Shown in pieces: positions 1 through 9,118 of a stretch of 64,000 nt of DNA (position 1 is the first letter of the stretch; every line of letters begins with the position of its first letter). The position numbers were made by a program, and so were the translations under genes. The notes below the pieces were generated by a model. That model was not told where the DNA came from and made no database searches. It was given only the letters and a program-made list of their open reading frames with translations. This stretch comes from a virus. Taxonomy: Duplodnaviria > Caudoviricetes. The stretch covers positions 1-64,000 of the IMG/VR virus record IMGVR_UViG_3300007177_000352, one strand, 5' to 3'.

Positions 1-146
1 GCGGGAGTGTTATCGGGTGTTGAAACCTAATTCGTTCTTGGTTTATTTTGGGTTGCAACCTACCTTGACTTATTGGAACACGGAAGCGTTCAAGTTGTTT
101 CGGTATAAGAAGGAGGTGATGTGATATAGAAGGTGTCGAAGGACTT

Positions 147-743
147 ATGCGCAGTGTTAGTGAGTTAACTTCCATACTAAAAAATAGAAAACACTATGAG
201 GAGGTTGTTGAGTATTTTGATGCAATTGAAAAAAATCAAAGTCTAGTAAAATATTATATTGTGCAAGCCACTGCACGTAATTCTGATGTTATACCAAAAG
301 TAAAAGATGCCCCTAATCACTTAACAACAGCAAAAGCATTAGTGTTTGGATACAAACCTAGAGACGTTGTTGCGTTCACTCCTCATAATAAACAAAAAAG
401 AGATATGTCTGGCCAAGGCCGTGGTGAGTACAACCTCAAGCATCCCACCGTCAAGCCGATTCAGTTAATGAATTATTTGCTAGACTTGACTACTCAAGAA
501 GGCGACCTCGTCCTCGACCCCTTTATGGGCAGTGGCACGACGGGAGTGGCGTGTCGGCAATTGGGGAGGCGGTTCATTGGAATGGAACTCCAACCTGACT
601 ATTTCAACATTGCCCACCAGCGGATTTTAGGGGAGGCATGGGAAGAGGAGGTGGGTGAGGAGGAGGTGAAAGAAAGTGGTGGTGGGGAGGAGGATGAACA
701 ATTGGATTTATTTAGGGGAACGAGGAATGAAGTTAGTTACTAA
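147..743 (+). CDS. DNA amino-methyltransferase (N6-A/N4-C type), C-terminal part only
   Basis: HPTVKP and motif [14 protein letters not shown] followed by RRFIGMEL; no DPPY/SPPY catalytic motif in this ORF; acidic C-terminal tail. Confidence 0.7.
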   Translation: MRSVSELTSILKNRKHYEEVVEYFDAIEKNQSLVKYYIVQATARNSDVIPKVKDAPNHLTTAKALVFGYKPRDVVAFTPHNKQKRDMSGQGRGEYNLKHPTVKPIQLMNYLLDLTTQEGDLVLDPFMGSGTTGVACRQLGRRFIGMELQPDYFNIAHQRILGEAWEEEVGEEEVKESGGGEEDEQLDLFRGTRNEVSY

Positions 744-1158
744 AGCGATGCCAGCACCGGCGCTGGGATATTGTGTTTCGGCGCCAGTTTATACGCAAAG
801 TATTTTTTCTGTTTGGGAACGGGAGGGGAAGTTTTTTTATGTCCCTTTTGGGGTAGTGCGGCCCATCACTTTAGTTGGACGACCGTTGGAGGTACGTAGT
901 CTGGAGGAGGCGTTGGCGGTTGTGCAAAGGGAATTTGAAGAGTTTTATCGGGCGGAAGTGTTATTTGTGTTATCCATTACATTACATCAAAGACATTATG
1001 AGTTGACCGCTTGTTACACTGAGGAACACTTGGCCTCGACGGATTTTTTTGAACGTTTTTCATTGTTAGACTTTCAGAGAACGCAGGGACGTTTACCGGG
1101 TTGGGTATGTCCTTTTTTGGAAGCAAGAGGCTGTATAATTAAGAAGCTGAGTTGTTAA
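727..1158 (+). CDS. hypothetical protein
   Basis: ORF 676..1158; ATG at 727 after GAGGA overlaps the end of the methylase ORF. Confidence 0.5.
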   Translation: MKLVTKAMPAPALGYCVSAPVYTQSIFSVWEREGKFFYVPFGVVRPITLVGRPLEVRSLEEALAVVQREFEEFYRAEVLFVLSITLHQRHYELTACYTEEHLASTDFFERFSLLDFQRTQGRLPGWVCPFLEARGCIIKKLSC

Positions 1159-1168
1159 GCTAAAGACG

Positions 1169-1200
1169 AAAAAAAACCGTACCGAGTTTCGGTACGGTTG
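1169..1200 (-). terminator. intrinsic terminator between convergent genes
   Basis: AACCGTACCGA-gtt-TCGGTACGGTT hairpin with A-tract on the left (U-tract on minus strand). Confidence 0.7.
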
Positions 1201-1204
1201 GTTG

Positions 1205-1399
1205 CTAAGAATGAAATCTAATCAATTTAAGGCATTCAGCATGGTAGATTTTAACTTCAATCTCAGTCGGCCTGCCGGACTCGTTTGTTGACTGAGTTGA
1301 ATACTTCACAAAGCCGTCATTTTCGCAAATTTCACCTTGACAGGCTTCGCATATTTGAACCTCAGTCACCAGAGGTTCAAATGAAAGACTGAACTGCAT
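1205..1399 (-). CDS. small hypothetical protein (CxxC plus HxxC, possible Zn finger)
   Basis: CEAC and YHAEC; GGAGG upstream on minus strand. Confidence 0.45.
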   Translation of the reverse strand: MQFSLSFEPLVTEVQICEACQGEICENDGFVKYSTQSTNESGRPTEIEVKIYHAECLKLIRFHS

Positions 1400-1407
1400 T
1401 AAGCCTC

Positions 1408-1635
1408 CTAATTTACTGCTAACCGATTTGAACTGATATAGAAATCTAGCAGGTGGTTTAGAACTTCGGCTGAGGATAGCTTCCTAGTTCCAACAATCCT
1501 TCGTTCATTTAGAAACTCTTTAACCAATTCCAGTTTTGCGTTCAAGTCAGGCCAATCCTCAATGACCCAACCTATCCCCCTGCGTGGGGGACCTTTTAAT
1601 AGCCGTGGTGTTAAATTATTGATACTCACTTCCAT
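1408..1635 (-). CDS. small hypothetical protein
   Basis: AAGAGG SD before ATG; co-oriented in leftward early cluster. Confidence 0.45.
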   Translation of the reverse strand: MEVSINNLTPRLLKGPPRRGIGWVIEDWPDLNAKLELVKEFLNERRIVGTRKLSSAEVLNHLLDFYISSNRLAVN

Positions 1636-1687
1636 TGCCTCTTGTTATGCAGTTAGCTTACCTTACTTGATAAGCTAACCGCTGGTG

Positions 1688-2053
1688 TTATTCCTCGTGG
1701 TACCTAGCGGCGTTAACCGCCTTCTCATACATAACCATGATATGGTCACGGTTCATGTCATCCTCTGCCTTTCTTGCTTCCTCCTCTGTGAGTGACTCGA
1801 CGTCTTGCATTCTACACTCCTCCGCTATCCATTCACGGAGTGCGTTTTCATAATCAGGGATGTGGACAACTTTACCACCTATCCCATTCCGTCTCGACCA
1901 TTCGTTGGCAAACTCAATCGCTAGATAATCTCCGTCATCCTCTTCTTCAATTGTGAAGTGGCACTCATCCCTGAATGCAGTGAATCCCCACTTCTTATAA
2001 TGTGCCTCCAGTGCAAATCTTACATCATTCGGCGTTGTGTATTGTTTTCGCAT
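1688..2053 (-). CDS. hypothetical early protein
   Basis: 121-aa ORF directly downstream of a sigma70-like promoter (2082-2135). Confidence 0.6.
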   Translation of the reverse strand: MRKQYTTPNDVRFALEAHYKKWGFTAFRDECHFTIEEEDDGDYLAIEFANEWSRRNGIGGKVVHIPDYENALREWIAEECRMQDVESLTEEEARKAEDDMNRDHIMVMYEKAVNAARYHEE

Positions 2054-2081
2054 ATTGTTCTACTCGTTTGGTTGCTAGGCA

Positions 2082-2135
2082 ATAATATAAGTGCAATATC
2101 AAATATTTCAATACTTTCTGAAAAAATATTTTTCT
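2082..2135 (-). promoter_or_regulatory. sigma70-like early promoter, same family as the 6.1-6.4 kb array
   Basis: minus strand: GAAAAATATTTTT tract, TTGAAA (2106-2111), TATATT/TATTAT at 16/18 bp spacing. Confidence 0.6.
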
Positions 2136-2313
2136 ATTGCACTTAAAAAGTTTCTCCAAGGTATACAGATACGTGCGTATTTGATTCGGTTCAGAGTCCA
2201 TTTACAATGGCCAAAAGTTCCGTTTGCAGTCTCATTTGACTCTACATCCATGCACTTTACGCAGGCCGTTGAATCTTCCGCGCTGTGTTACGTCAAGTCC
2301 CTCTCTTAGAAAG

Positions 2314-2893
2314 AGGGACTTGGCCTAACGGCAGTTAAGCTAAAGGAGGCTGATGAGTTCCATCTCATCGTCTGTCATCTTGAGTCTGTTGATTAACTCA
2401 GGATTTTCTATGATTCTGCATTCTACCATCTCTGCCCACGGGTTCTCCCTATTTACCTGTTTGACGGAAGCGATTGCAACGGCGTCTGCTTCAGTTATCG
2501 GATGTAGTTGCTTGGTTACTCGAATCATCGGTTCAACAAAACCGAATTTTAGGAAGAAATCTTGAATTTCTTCGCATGACTTCGTATTGACATCACATTT
2601 TAATAGTTTGATGTCAATCAAACGAATGTCAGGTGGTTCAGGGAGTGCTGGTCGTTCAGGTGGTAGCACGTATTGCGGCCGCGGTTCTTTCGGTGTCGGT
2701 GTTGGTTTTTTATTTCTCATGGTAATAATTATGGTGTGATAGCGATAGCGCTACCCCCAAGCCCACTCCCCGCGGGGAGGAGGAGGCTTGAGGCTAGAAG
2801 CTATTCCAAATAAAGAAAATTTGGTAATTCTTTGGCATTCACCAAATCCCCTTCGTGTCCCTCTCGGCAGAAAGGGACTTGGCCTAACGGCAG
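2314..2893. repeat. 21-bp identical repeat (2314-2334, 2873-2893) attached to a hairpin, just 3' of two consecutive genes
   Basis: AGGGACTTGGCCTAACGGCAG twice, each the right arm of a GTCCCT...AGGGAC hairpin. Confidence 0.85.
2340..2720 (-). CDS. hypothetical protein, Pro-rich N-terminus, possibly degenerate ParB-like fold
   Basis: 126-aa ORF; IRLIDIKLLKCD...IQDFFLKFGFVEPMIRV loosely resembles a ParBc start (weak). Confidence 0.5.
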   Translation of the reverse strand: MRNKKPTPTPKEPRPQYVLPPERPALPEPPDIRLIDIKLLKCDVNTKSCEEIQDFFLKFGFVEPMIRVTKQLHPITEADAVAIASVKQVNRENPWAEMVECRIIENPELINRLKMTDDEMELISLL

Positions 2894-2897
2894 CTTC

Positions 2898-4058
2898 CTA
2901 CAGTGACTCAGTGTGGCGGTGATTCATTTCCTCTGCATGTACCAAAAAATCATTCTGATGCAAGTTGTAATTCCCGTCCTTGCCTCGTAGCAAGGTTATT
3001 ACCCACCTGCCGTGATCTGACCCATAAGGCACTGCTAATACAGTACCGAAGCCATTGTTTTGATGTGGGAGTTCAACAAAACTATAGGTATTCCCATGAA
3101 AGTGGAGTGTCGTAGTGGATAACTCATCATCATTCTTTTCAGACAAAAGCAGAATTACCGCTTCGATATCATCAGGCCTTGTACATTTTGGAAACAATGC
3201 ACTACTCCTACTAAATCGCACTTCAATTACACCCAGAGATAGAACTTCAGTCACTGGTTCTTCTGGCATGAATTCCTGCGTCGCTGTTTCAACTGGAATA
3301 TCAAGTAGGTAATTGCCGACCTTGATCTCCCCATGAAACGGCATAACCTGCCAATTCGTTTGCCATTTTGGCTTGGTCATCATAAACTGGTCGCCTGATA
3401 TGCAGACCACAAGCACTTGATAGAAAACATCATCACCATCATAGTCCTTGCCAATGTCTGTTATCACCGGGGCGACATACTTGACCCGGTATGCACCCTC
3501 ACCAAAGTAATCCCTAACCTCCGCCAGAAACTCGCCCGGCGCGTCCTCTAAATCAAACTCCTTTTTCGTGACCATTTCACTGGGTGAGTAGTAATGGGTA
3601 TTGGTGAGTCGCTTCATTGACACTGCTGGTTGTATTGAGGTACTAACCTCTTGTGCAATAATGGCACTGGCCATAACAAGGTTTGGCTTCGCAACTGGGG
3701 CAGTTTTCGGAGTGCATTCAGGGGCCGTTGCCACTGGTTGCACTGGAGTTGCCACTGCGGCAGTTTCCACTGGGGTTGCCACTGGGGAGGCTAATTCAAC
3801 TTCAAATATGAAGTTGTTTGGCAATTTCCCTTTGCAACACGAACCCACAGGGAAAAACCCCTGTGAATCCTCAAAATCTTGATCACTAGACACCAGCTCG
3901 AGTGAGTCTAGCAAGTGAACACAAAATTTCTCTTTTTTTATTTCCTTCCCGCACAAGATACATCCGCCGTTCCTATCCCAATTCACATTTTCATCTTGCA
4001 CGTCCTCAAGGTCTATTTTAAAGACCCATCTATTAATATTCCTCTTGTTAGTTGCCAT
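2898..4058 (-). CDS. modular early protein, paralog of 4181..6067
   Basis: shares ~110-aa near-identical domain (TNTHYYSPS...KVGNYLLD) and PVAT/PVET linker with the upstream ORF. Confidence 0.75.
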   Translation of the reverse strand: MATNKRNINRWVFKIDLEDVQDENVNWDRNGGCILCGKEIKKEKFCVHLLDSLELVSSDQDFEDSQGFFPVGSCCKGKLPNNFIFEVELASPVATPVETAAVATPVQPVATAPECTPKTAPVAKPNLVMASAIIAQEVSTSIQPAVSMKRLTNTHYYSPSEMVTKKEFDLEDAPGEFLAEVRDYFGEGAYRVKYVAPVITDIGKDYDGDDVFYQVLVVCISGDQFMMTKPKWQTNWQVMPFHGEIKVGNYLLDIPVETATQEFMPEEPVTEVLSLGVIEVRFSRSSALFPKCTRPDDIEAVILLLSEKNDDELSTTTLHFHGNTYSFVELPHQNNGFGTVLAVPYGSDHGRWVITLLRGKDGNYNLHQNDFLVHAEEMNHRHTESL

Positions 4059-4180
4059 GTATTCACCTTTAGTGTTGTTGTTTTGGCGTTATTGCCATGC
4101 TTTATATATAGGGGTGATAATTGATATTTTCAATATTTTTTTAAAAAATATTTTTCATAATTATCACCCCATATATGGGA

Positions 4181-6067
4181 TTACCAATTCCTACTTAGGA
4201 AGTTATGGTATTCATCTATCGCTTGCTGATTGAATGGCAATCCACCGTAGGTTATGACAAATGGCACCCTATGACACGTCCCTGTTGCAGATGTTACCAG
4301 TGCGGCACCAAACCCGTTTAACTCATACGGGTTGGAAAGCATCCTGTAGGTATTCAAGTGGTAATGCAGTGTATCCCATCCGTCAATAAAGCCGTTTTGC
4401 AACATCATTATGACGGCCTGTCTATCCTCTTCCACAGAGGAGGATAGAAATAAGCATTGTACATCACCACGCTTTGAGTCGGCGTACCGTACCTCAATAT
4501 CGGTGGCCTCGGTTTTCGCCTTAACCGATGTAATAAATTCTTGGGTGCGCTCTCTCCAGCACTCCCACCCGGCATCCCAGACCTCGTCACCTTCTGGACT
4601 GATAATCAAATTCGTTTCCAGTTCACCCAGATTAACTAAGTCACTCAGAGACAACTGTTCCGGACGCCGCTTCGAGACCCTATAATCACGCAGGCCGGCT
4701 CTGTATAGCAGTACCCAAATGCGAACTCTGGTTAGGCTGCTGGACTCCATTTCAGCTAGAAAGTCCTCTGCCCATTCATTGTCGGTGACTGGTATAGCTA
4801 CTGGTGAATGACTGTTATCCACTTCCACTGCATCCTGCGTTGTTGTTTCAACTGAAGTATCAAGTAGGTAATCGCCGACCTTGACCTCACCATGAAATGG
4901 CATGACCTGCCAATTCGTTTGCCATTTTGGCTTTGTCATTAGAAACTGGTCGCCTGACTGACAGACAACCAACACTTGATAGAAATCATCATCACCATCG
5001 TAGTCCTTGCCGATGTCCGTTATCACCGGTGCGACATATTTGACCCGGTATGCACCCTCACCAAAGTAATCTCTGACCGCGGCCAGAAACTCGCCCGGCG
5101 CCTCTTCAAGGTCAAACTTCTTGTTAGTTACCATTTTACTGGGTGAGTAGTAATGGGTATTGGTGCTTTGCTTCGTTTCCACTGGGGTTGCCACTGGGGC
5201 CGTTTCCACTGGGGTTGCCACTGGGGCCGTTTCCACTGGGGTTGCCACTGGGGCCGTTTCCACTGGTTGCACTGAGGTTTCGCTACCACCTTCTAAAATA
5301 CGGTCGCCCTCGACAGCCCTCAAAATTGCGTTTCGGCTGAACTCTATTTCGGTGTCGATTTCCCGCACCCACACCTTTGGGAAATCTAATTTAAAACCCA
5401 CCACTCTGCCTGCATAAACCTTCCCGTTTACACGGATCTTGACAGTCTTACCTTCCACCATCGTCCTAAAATCCACTGCCGCTGGTTGCACTGGGGCCGT
5501 TTCCACTTCAACCTCTTCCTCTGTCTGCACCGCTACCGTCACCGGAGTGATTCCCCAGTTATCGTAATCCCCCTCCACTCTATTGAGTAGAAAACTACCC
5601 CTGTCAGTATCAATTTGCCAGGGTTTGTCCATATGCCACGGTCCGTCTTGCTTGGTGATCGACGTTACGTTGATATGATGTTTGGCAAACAGGTTGTAAA
5701 TCTGTTTGTTAAACATTGCATCATCTTGCAATGGATGGAAAGGCATTTGCGTCGGGGCAGTGGTTTGCACTTCAGCCGCTGAGATGTTCTGTAAAAACAC
5801 CGCTTTGTCTGCGTTCTTAAATACCTTCATGACTTCTTGATAGCCATACGCAAATAGTGCCTCGGCAGTCCATGTGACGCCGTTCACATCACACGTTCCG
5901 TATTCCACCCAGCGGTCTTCAGATTTGACGAACCATAGGGCGGTGGTTTTCAGATAATTTCTGAAAGAGGTTAGCGTTGTTGTAAAGGCATCGCCCATGT
6001 TGTTTTGAAGTTGACGGTGGGCGGCGGCCATGTTTTTCATGATTAAAGTAGCAATATTAGTGTTCAT
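4181..6067 (-). CDS. modular early protein, first gene after the tandem promoter array
   Basis: 628-aa ORF, AAGGTG SD, contains PVETAPVAT repeats and the duplicated domain. Confidence 0.8.
   Translation of the reverse strand: MNTNIATLIMKNMAAAHRQLQNNMGDAFTTTLTSFRNYLKTTALWFVKSEDRWVEYGTCDVNGVTWTAEALFAYGYQEVMKVFKNADKAVFLQNISAAEVQTTAPTQMPFHPLQDDAMFNKQIYNLFAKHHINVTSITKQDGPWHMDKPWQIDTDRGSFLLNRVEGDYDNWGITPVTVAVQTEEEVEVETAPVQPAAVDFRTMVEGKTVKIRVNGKVYAGRVVGFKLDFPKVWVREIDTEIEFSRNAILRAVEGDRILEGGSETSVQPVETAPVATPVETAPVATPVETAPVATPVETKQSTNTHYYSPSKMVTNKKFDLEEAPGEFLAAVRDYFGEGAYRVKYVAPVITDIGKDYDGDDDFYQVLVVCQSGDQFLMTKPKWQTNWQVMPFHGEVKVGDYLLDTSVETTTQDAVEVDNSHSPVAIPVTDNEWAEDFLAEMESSSLTRVRIWVLLYRAGLRDYRVSKRRPEQLSLSDLVNLGELETNLIISPEGDEVWDAGWECWRERTQEFITSVKAKTEATDIEVRYADSKRGDVQCLFLSSSVEEDRQAVIMMLQNGFIDGWDTLHYHLNTYRMLSNPYELNGFGAALVTSATGTCHRVPFVITYGGLPFNQQAIDEYHNFLSRNW
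5174..5266. repeat. 27-bp coding tandem repeat, ~3.4 copies (PVETAPVAT)
   Basis: CGTTTCCACTGGGGTTGCCACTGGGGC at 5174, 5201, 5228 and partial at 5255. Confidence 0.95.
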
Positions 6068-6100
6068 AAATCACCTTTAAAGTAGTGTTGTTGTGTTTGG

Positions 6101-6430
6101 CATTATTGCCATGCCCTATATATAGGGGCGTATTTGAAAATCTCAATATATTTTTAAAAAATATTTTTTTATATCGAAAATTATCAGCATTATTGCCATG
6201 CCCTATATATATAGCCATTTTTCGATTTTTCAATATATTTTAAAAAAATATTTTTTATATCGAAAATTATTATCAGTATTATTGCTATGTCCTATATATA
6301 AGGGCGATTAAATAATTTTCAATACACTTTAAAAAATATTTTTCATATCGATTATTATCAGTATTATTGCCATGCCGATAATATATGGTCATTTTTCGAT
6401 TTTTCAATATATTTTAAAAAAATATTTTTC
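6101..6430 (-). promoter_or_regulatory. four tandem 85-89 bp repeats, each a sigma70-like promoter with AT-rich UP-like tract
   Basis: units start at 6101, 6188, 6277, 6362 (TATTATTGCCATG...TTTCAATA...AAAAAATATTTTT); minus strand TTGAAA/TTGAGA then TATATA/TATATT. Confidence 0.75.
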
Positions 6431-6539
6431 AAATATAATAGGCGCACGAAAACTATACTAATGTTGCAAAAAAGCAACAAGCATGGTAATATAGTACTTT
6501 TTGTATTTAAATACTTAAATTGTAGATATTCCTGTCATT

Positions 6540-7060
6540 CCTGTCTAGGTCCCCATCATCCGATTACGTCCCACACTGTCATTTTTTTACCTATTTTCCT
6601 ACCATCAAGACCCGCGCCGTTCCTAGCTTCGCAAAACCGATTTTTGGCCATTTTCACACCTTACTGCCAGGGCCGACCTACACACGCCGTTCCTATCATC
6701 AATGGACTTAGATGGTAGCTGAAGCCGCTTGGTGACTACGTTTTGAACAGTTTCATAGCAACCTTTGGCATTCAAAGCGTGGTGTTTCTTGTAAAGGTCC
6801 CGGACCTTACGTCAGGTCCCTGTTTCAGCGACCTATACAACGGGAAGCCGCATATTTAAAGGCTTGTGAAGGTCGTCTAGGTCAAAAGGCACTTTTTCAA
6901 ACTCTTTTCTATAGAGAAGTTTTCTTAGAAAAGAAATTTATAATATATATCTCAAAAATGACCTATACGACCTTCACAGAGCTTACAAAGCACGTATTCA
7001 TTAGGTTTTCACCTGTATAGGTCCTTTCAAAAAGACCTTTACATTTTCTCCTGACCCCCA
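6540..7060. other. putative replication origin A (iterons around AT-rich core)
   Basis: repeated GT(C/A)TAGGTC/GACCTATAC motifs in both orientations around an AT-rich centre, directly downstream of the helicase; homologous to 36800-37330. Confidence 0.6.
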
Positions 7061-7101
7061 CAAGTTTGTCACTCCAAAAATCCCCTTTGAGTGATGTAAA
7101 T

Positions 7102-8763
7102 CTATCTATTTTGCCCATCTACCCACTCCTCTAAAGATGTTACCCAGTCGAAGCCCTTCTCTGCCTGTTCCCGTAAGGTTGCATAAAACCGCATAAGCGA
7201 GGCTTTCTTCACATCAATGAGAATGGATGCAATGTAGTCCACTCCGCCCATCACGGTGGTCAATTTGCCCATTTCGTCGCAAATTTCAGCGGCCACAACT
7301 TTGGTATCTAACTCCTCACCATCCGTATCAAAAGTGAAATCCACTATAGAATACTCAGTGCCATTCGCAATCTTTAAACCTATGAATCCCGCGCCGTTTG
7401 ATTCGCCGACCCGTAGATTCCGTTTCCACTCCACTCCACTTACACCCAGTGTTACCGTCACGGCCTCCTCAAGCTGCCTTGAAAAGTTATTCTTGTTGAC
7501 CTGTCCTTTCCGACCATTCTGTTCGCACCATTGCACAAAATTTGGATACAAACTCTGGTCTGCCGTTGCATAGCGGTCGGCCCCGGTGCCTAGCATCCCG
7601 ACCCTGGTCCGTGCCCCTGGTGAAAACTCCACATTTTCAGAAAGCCATGCGATAATCGCATTCGTCTCGGTGAGAGTCTGCCGCTTTGCATCAAAAGCGG
7701 CCTTGACCATGGTATCCGTATTTCTAAGGATATTTTCCATATCAGAAATACTCATTCCAAGAACCCAATTTAGAAGGCCGGGTATTTCATCTTTGAAGTC
7801 CACACTTAGGTCCCGGCGATGCTTAATGGGTGTGACATTATCAAATGCGATAGATATTCGGCGCCGGGGGATTGCAGAGGAGGTATCTGAAAAGCGGATA
7901 GGACTATTAGCGGCGATAGCAACCATACCGTGAAATACAAAAGAATCACCTTGTTGCTGATTCTTTTTTTCATGCCTCAGCGGGTCACCACCTGTAATGG
8001 ATTTGAATACAGAGCCGTCTCCTCCAAAGTTAGAGGCGTCGGTGACCATCACCAATCGTTTACCTTGGATGGCCGCGGTCTCAAAGCGATTGGACTCCAG
8101 TTGACTCATCATGGTCGTGTAGCAATTGCGTTCTCCTATCATTGCCACTAGCAGATTTAGCAAAGTACTTTTGCCGGACCCGCCTGGGCCTACAATTTCA
8201 AGATAGCGTTGCAAATCGTACCGGCCTAACATCACGGCCAAAAAGAAGGCACGAATCAACTCAATGACTTGCCTATCATTACGGGTTGCTTCGTTTAACC
8301 ACTTGTGAATTTTTGGACATTCCGCCCCCGGATTATACTCAAAGGGGAGTTGCCAAGTGAAGCAATTCGTTGGGTTATGACCATCGGTGAATTGACGGTT
8401 ACTCAGGTTGAGAGTACCATTTTGGAAGGGGATTAAATTTGGACTCACCTCATTATCCCATGAGTCATAACTCATAGTGCCCATGAGGAGTTTAGTGACA
8501 CCGGAGACGAAATTGAAACTGAAGTTCGTGAAGAAGTTTTCGTCTATAGCACGGCGGACGGCCTCGCGTATTTTCAAGTCCTTGACCGGTTCCCAAATAC
8601 CTTCTTTGAACCGTCTCCATAGATTTGAACTGGAATCGTAAGCATACGTTCCACTGAATTGCGCGGCGAGTGACTTCATAATATCATTTTCGCCTGGTCT
8701 GGCTTGTTTGGTGGATTTAGCAGGCTTTCCTGCTGGACTACTTTTTGGATTTTTTGTTGACAT
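7102..8763 (-). CDS. P4/D5-family SF3 replicative helicase (D5_N + helicase + C-terminal winged helix), no primase domain
   Basis: IPFQNGTLNL, FTWQLPFEYNP, Walker A GPGGSGKS, FKSITGGDPLRHEKK, AIPRRRISIAF, C-terminal LYPNFVQWCEQNG. Confidence 0.9.
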   Translation of the reverse strand: MSTKNPKSSPAGKPAKSTKQARPGENDIMKSLAAQFSGTYAYDSSSNLWRRFKEGIWEPVKDLKIREAVRRAIDENFFTNFSFNFVSGVTKLLMGTMSYDSWDNEVSPNLIPFQNGTLNLSNRQFTDGHNPTNCFTWQLPFEYNPGAECPKIHKWLNEATRNDRQVIELIRAFFLAVMLGRYDLQRYLEIVGPGGSGKSTLLNLLVAMIGERNCYTTMMSQLESNRFETAAIQGKRLVMVTDASNFGGDGSVFKSITGGDPLRHEKKNQQQGDSFVFHGMVAIAANSPIRFSDTSSAIPRRRISIAFDNVTPIKHRRDLSVDFKDEIPGLLNWVLGMSISDMENILRNTDTMVKAAFDAKRQTLTETNAIIAWLSENVEFSPGARTRVGMLGTGADRYATADQSLYPNFVQWCEQNGRKGQVNKNNFSRQLEEAVTVTLGVSGVEWKRNLRVGESNGAGFIGLKIANGTEYSIVDFTFDTDGEELDTKVVAAEICDEMGKLTTVMGGVDYIASILIDVKKASLMRFYATLREQAEKGFDWVTSLEEWVDGQNR

Positions 8764-8839
8764 GATACATACCTGATTGCGAAAAGTTATGGCAGTATCA
8801 AGCAGGCGAGAATATTTTTAGAAAAATCTGAAAAATCTA

Positions 8840-8868
8840 TTGACAACTAGGATGGGTTGCTATATACT
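8840..8868 (+). promoter_or_regulatory. near-consensus sigma70 promoter firing antisense to the helicase leader
   Basis: TTGACA (8840-8845), 17 bp, TATACT (8863-8868). Confidence 0.8.
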
Positions 8869-8874
8869 CTTTAT

Positions 8875-8998
8875 TAGATTAAGTAGAATTGTTTTGGTCA
8901 AGATTTTAAAATTCTATCTTAGTCCTGCTTGATACTGCTACTTACTCCGATACCTTTAAGAATTTCCTAGGTTCTATTAGGGGTATCGGTATTTTTTT
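8875..8998 (+). ncRNA. putative ~125-nt cis-antisense RNA with two stem-loops
   Basis: own promoter; stem 8877-8923; linker containing a 15-nt box; terminator hairpin 8947-8989 plus TATTTTTTT; no ORF. Confidence 0.65.
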
Positions 8999-9009
8999 GA
9001 CCTAAGATA

Positions 9010-9038
9010 ATTATTGCACACTTCTGGAGTAAAGTCAA
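9010..9038 (-). promoter_or_regulatory. sigma70 promoter for helicase mRNA (~240-nt leader)
   Basis: minus strand TTGACT (9038-9033), 17 bp, AATAAT (9015-9010). Confidence 0.65.
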
Positions 9039-9118
9039 TCTTAAATAAGTGGTTGATTTATAAAGTAAAAAGGCGACTTGGACAGTCTCCGTCTCAGTCA
9101 CTTCCCCAGTTGTCACCT

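Noticed and set aside
2180-2270. GACTGCAAA on the minus strand resembling a tRNA-Cys anticodon arm
   Set aside because: No T-arm (GTTCGA), D-arm or acceptor stem around it.
2314-2893. GCCTAAC/GTTAGGC words suggesting integron attC sites
   Set aside because: Orientation relative to the genes is wrong, no matching partner core site at attC distance, and no integron integrase.
2898-6067. Internal duplication as a diversity-generating retroelement template/variable pair
   Set aside because: Differences are not confined to adenines, both copies are mid-gene and coding, and no reverse transcriptase is present.
6101-6430. Tandem repeats as a CRISPR array
   Set aside because: Units are degenerate along their whole length with no unique spacers and no cas genes; they read as promoters.
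6461-6718. 85-aa ORF
   Set aside because: Lies in the origin-like non-coding region, no SD, no protein-like features.
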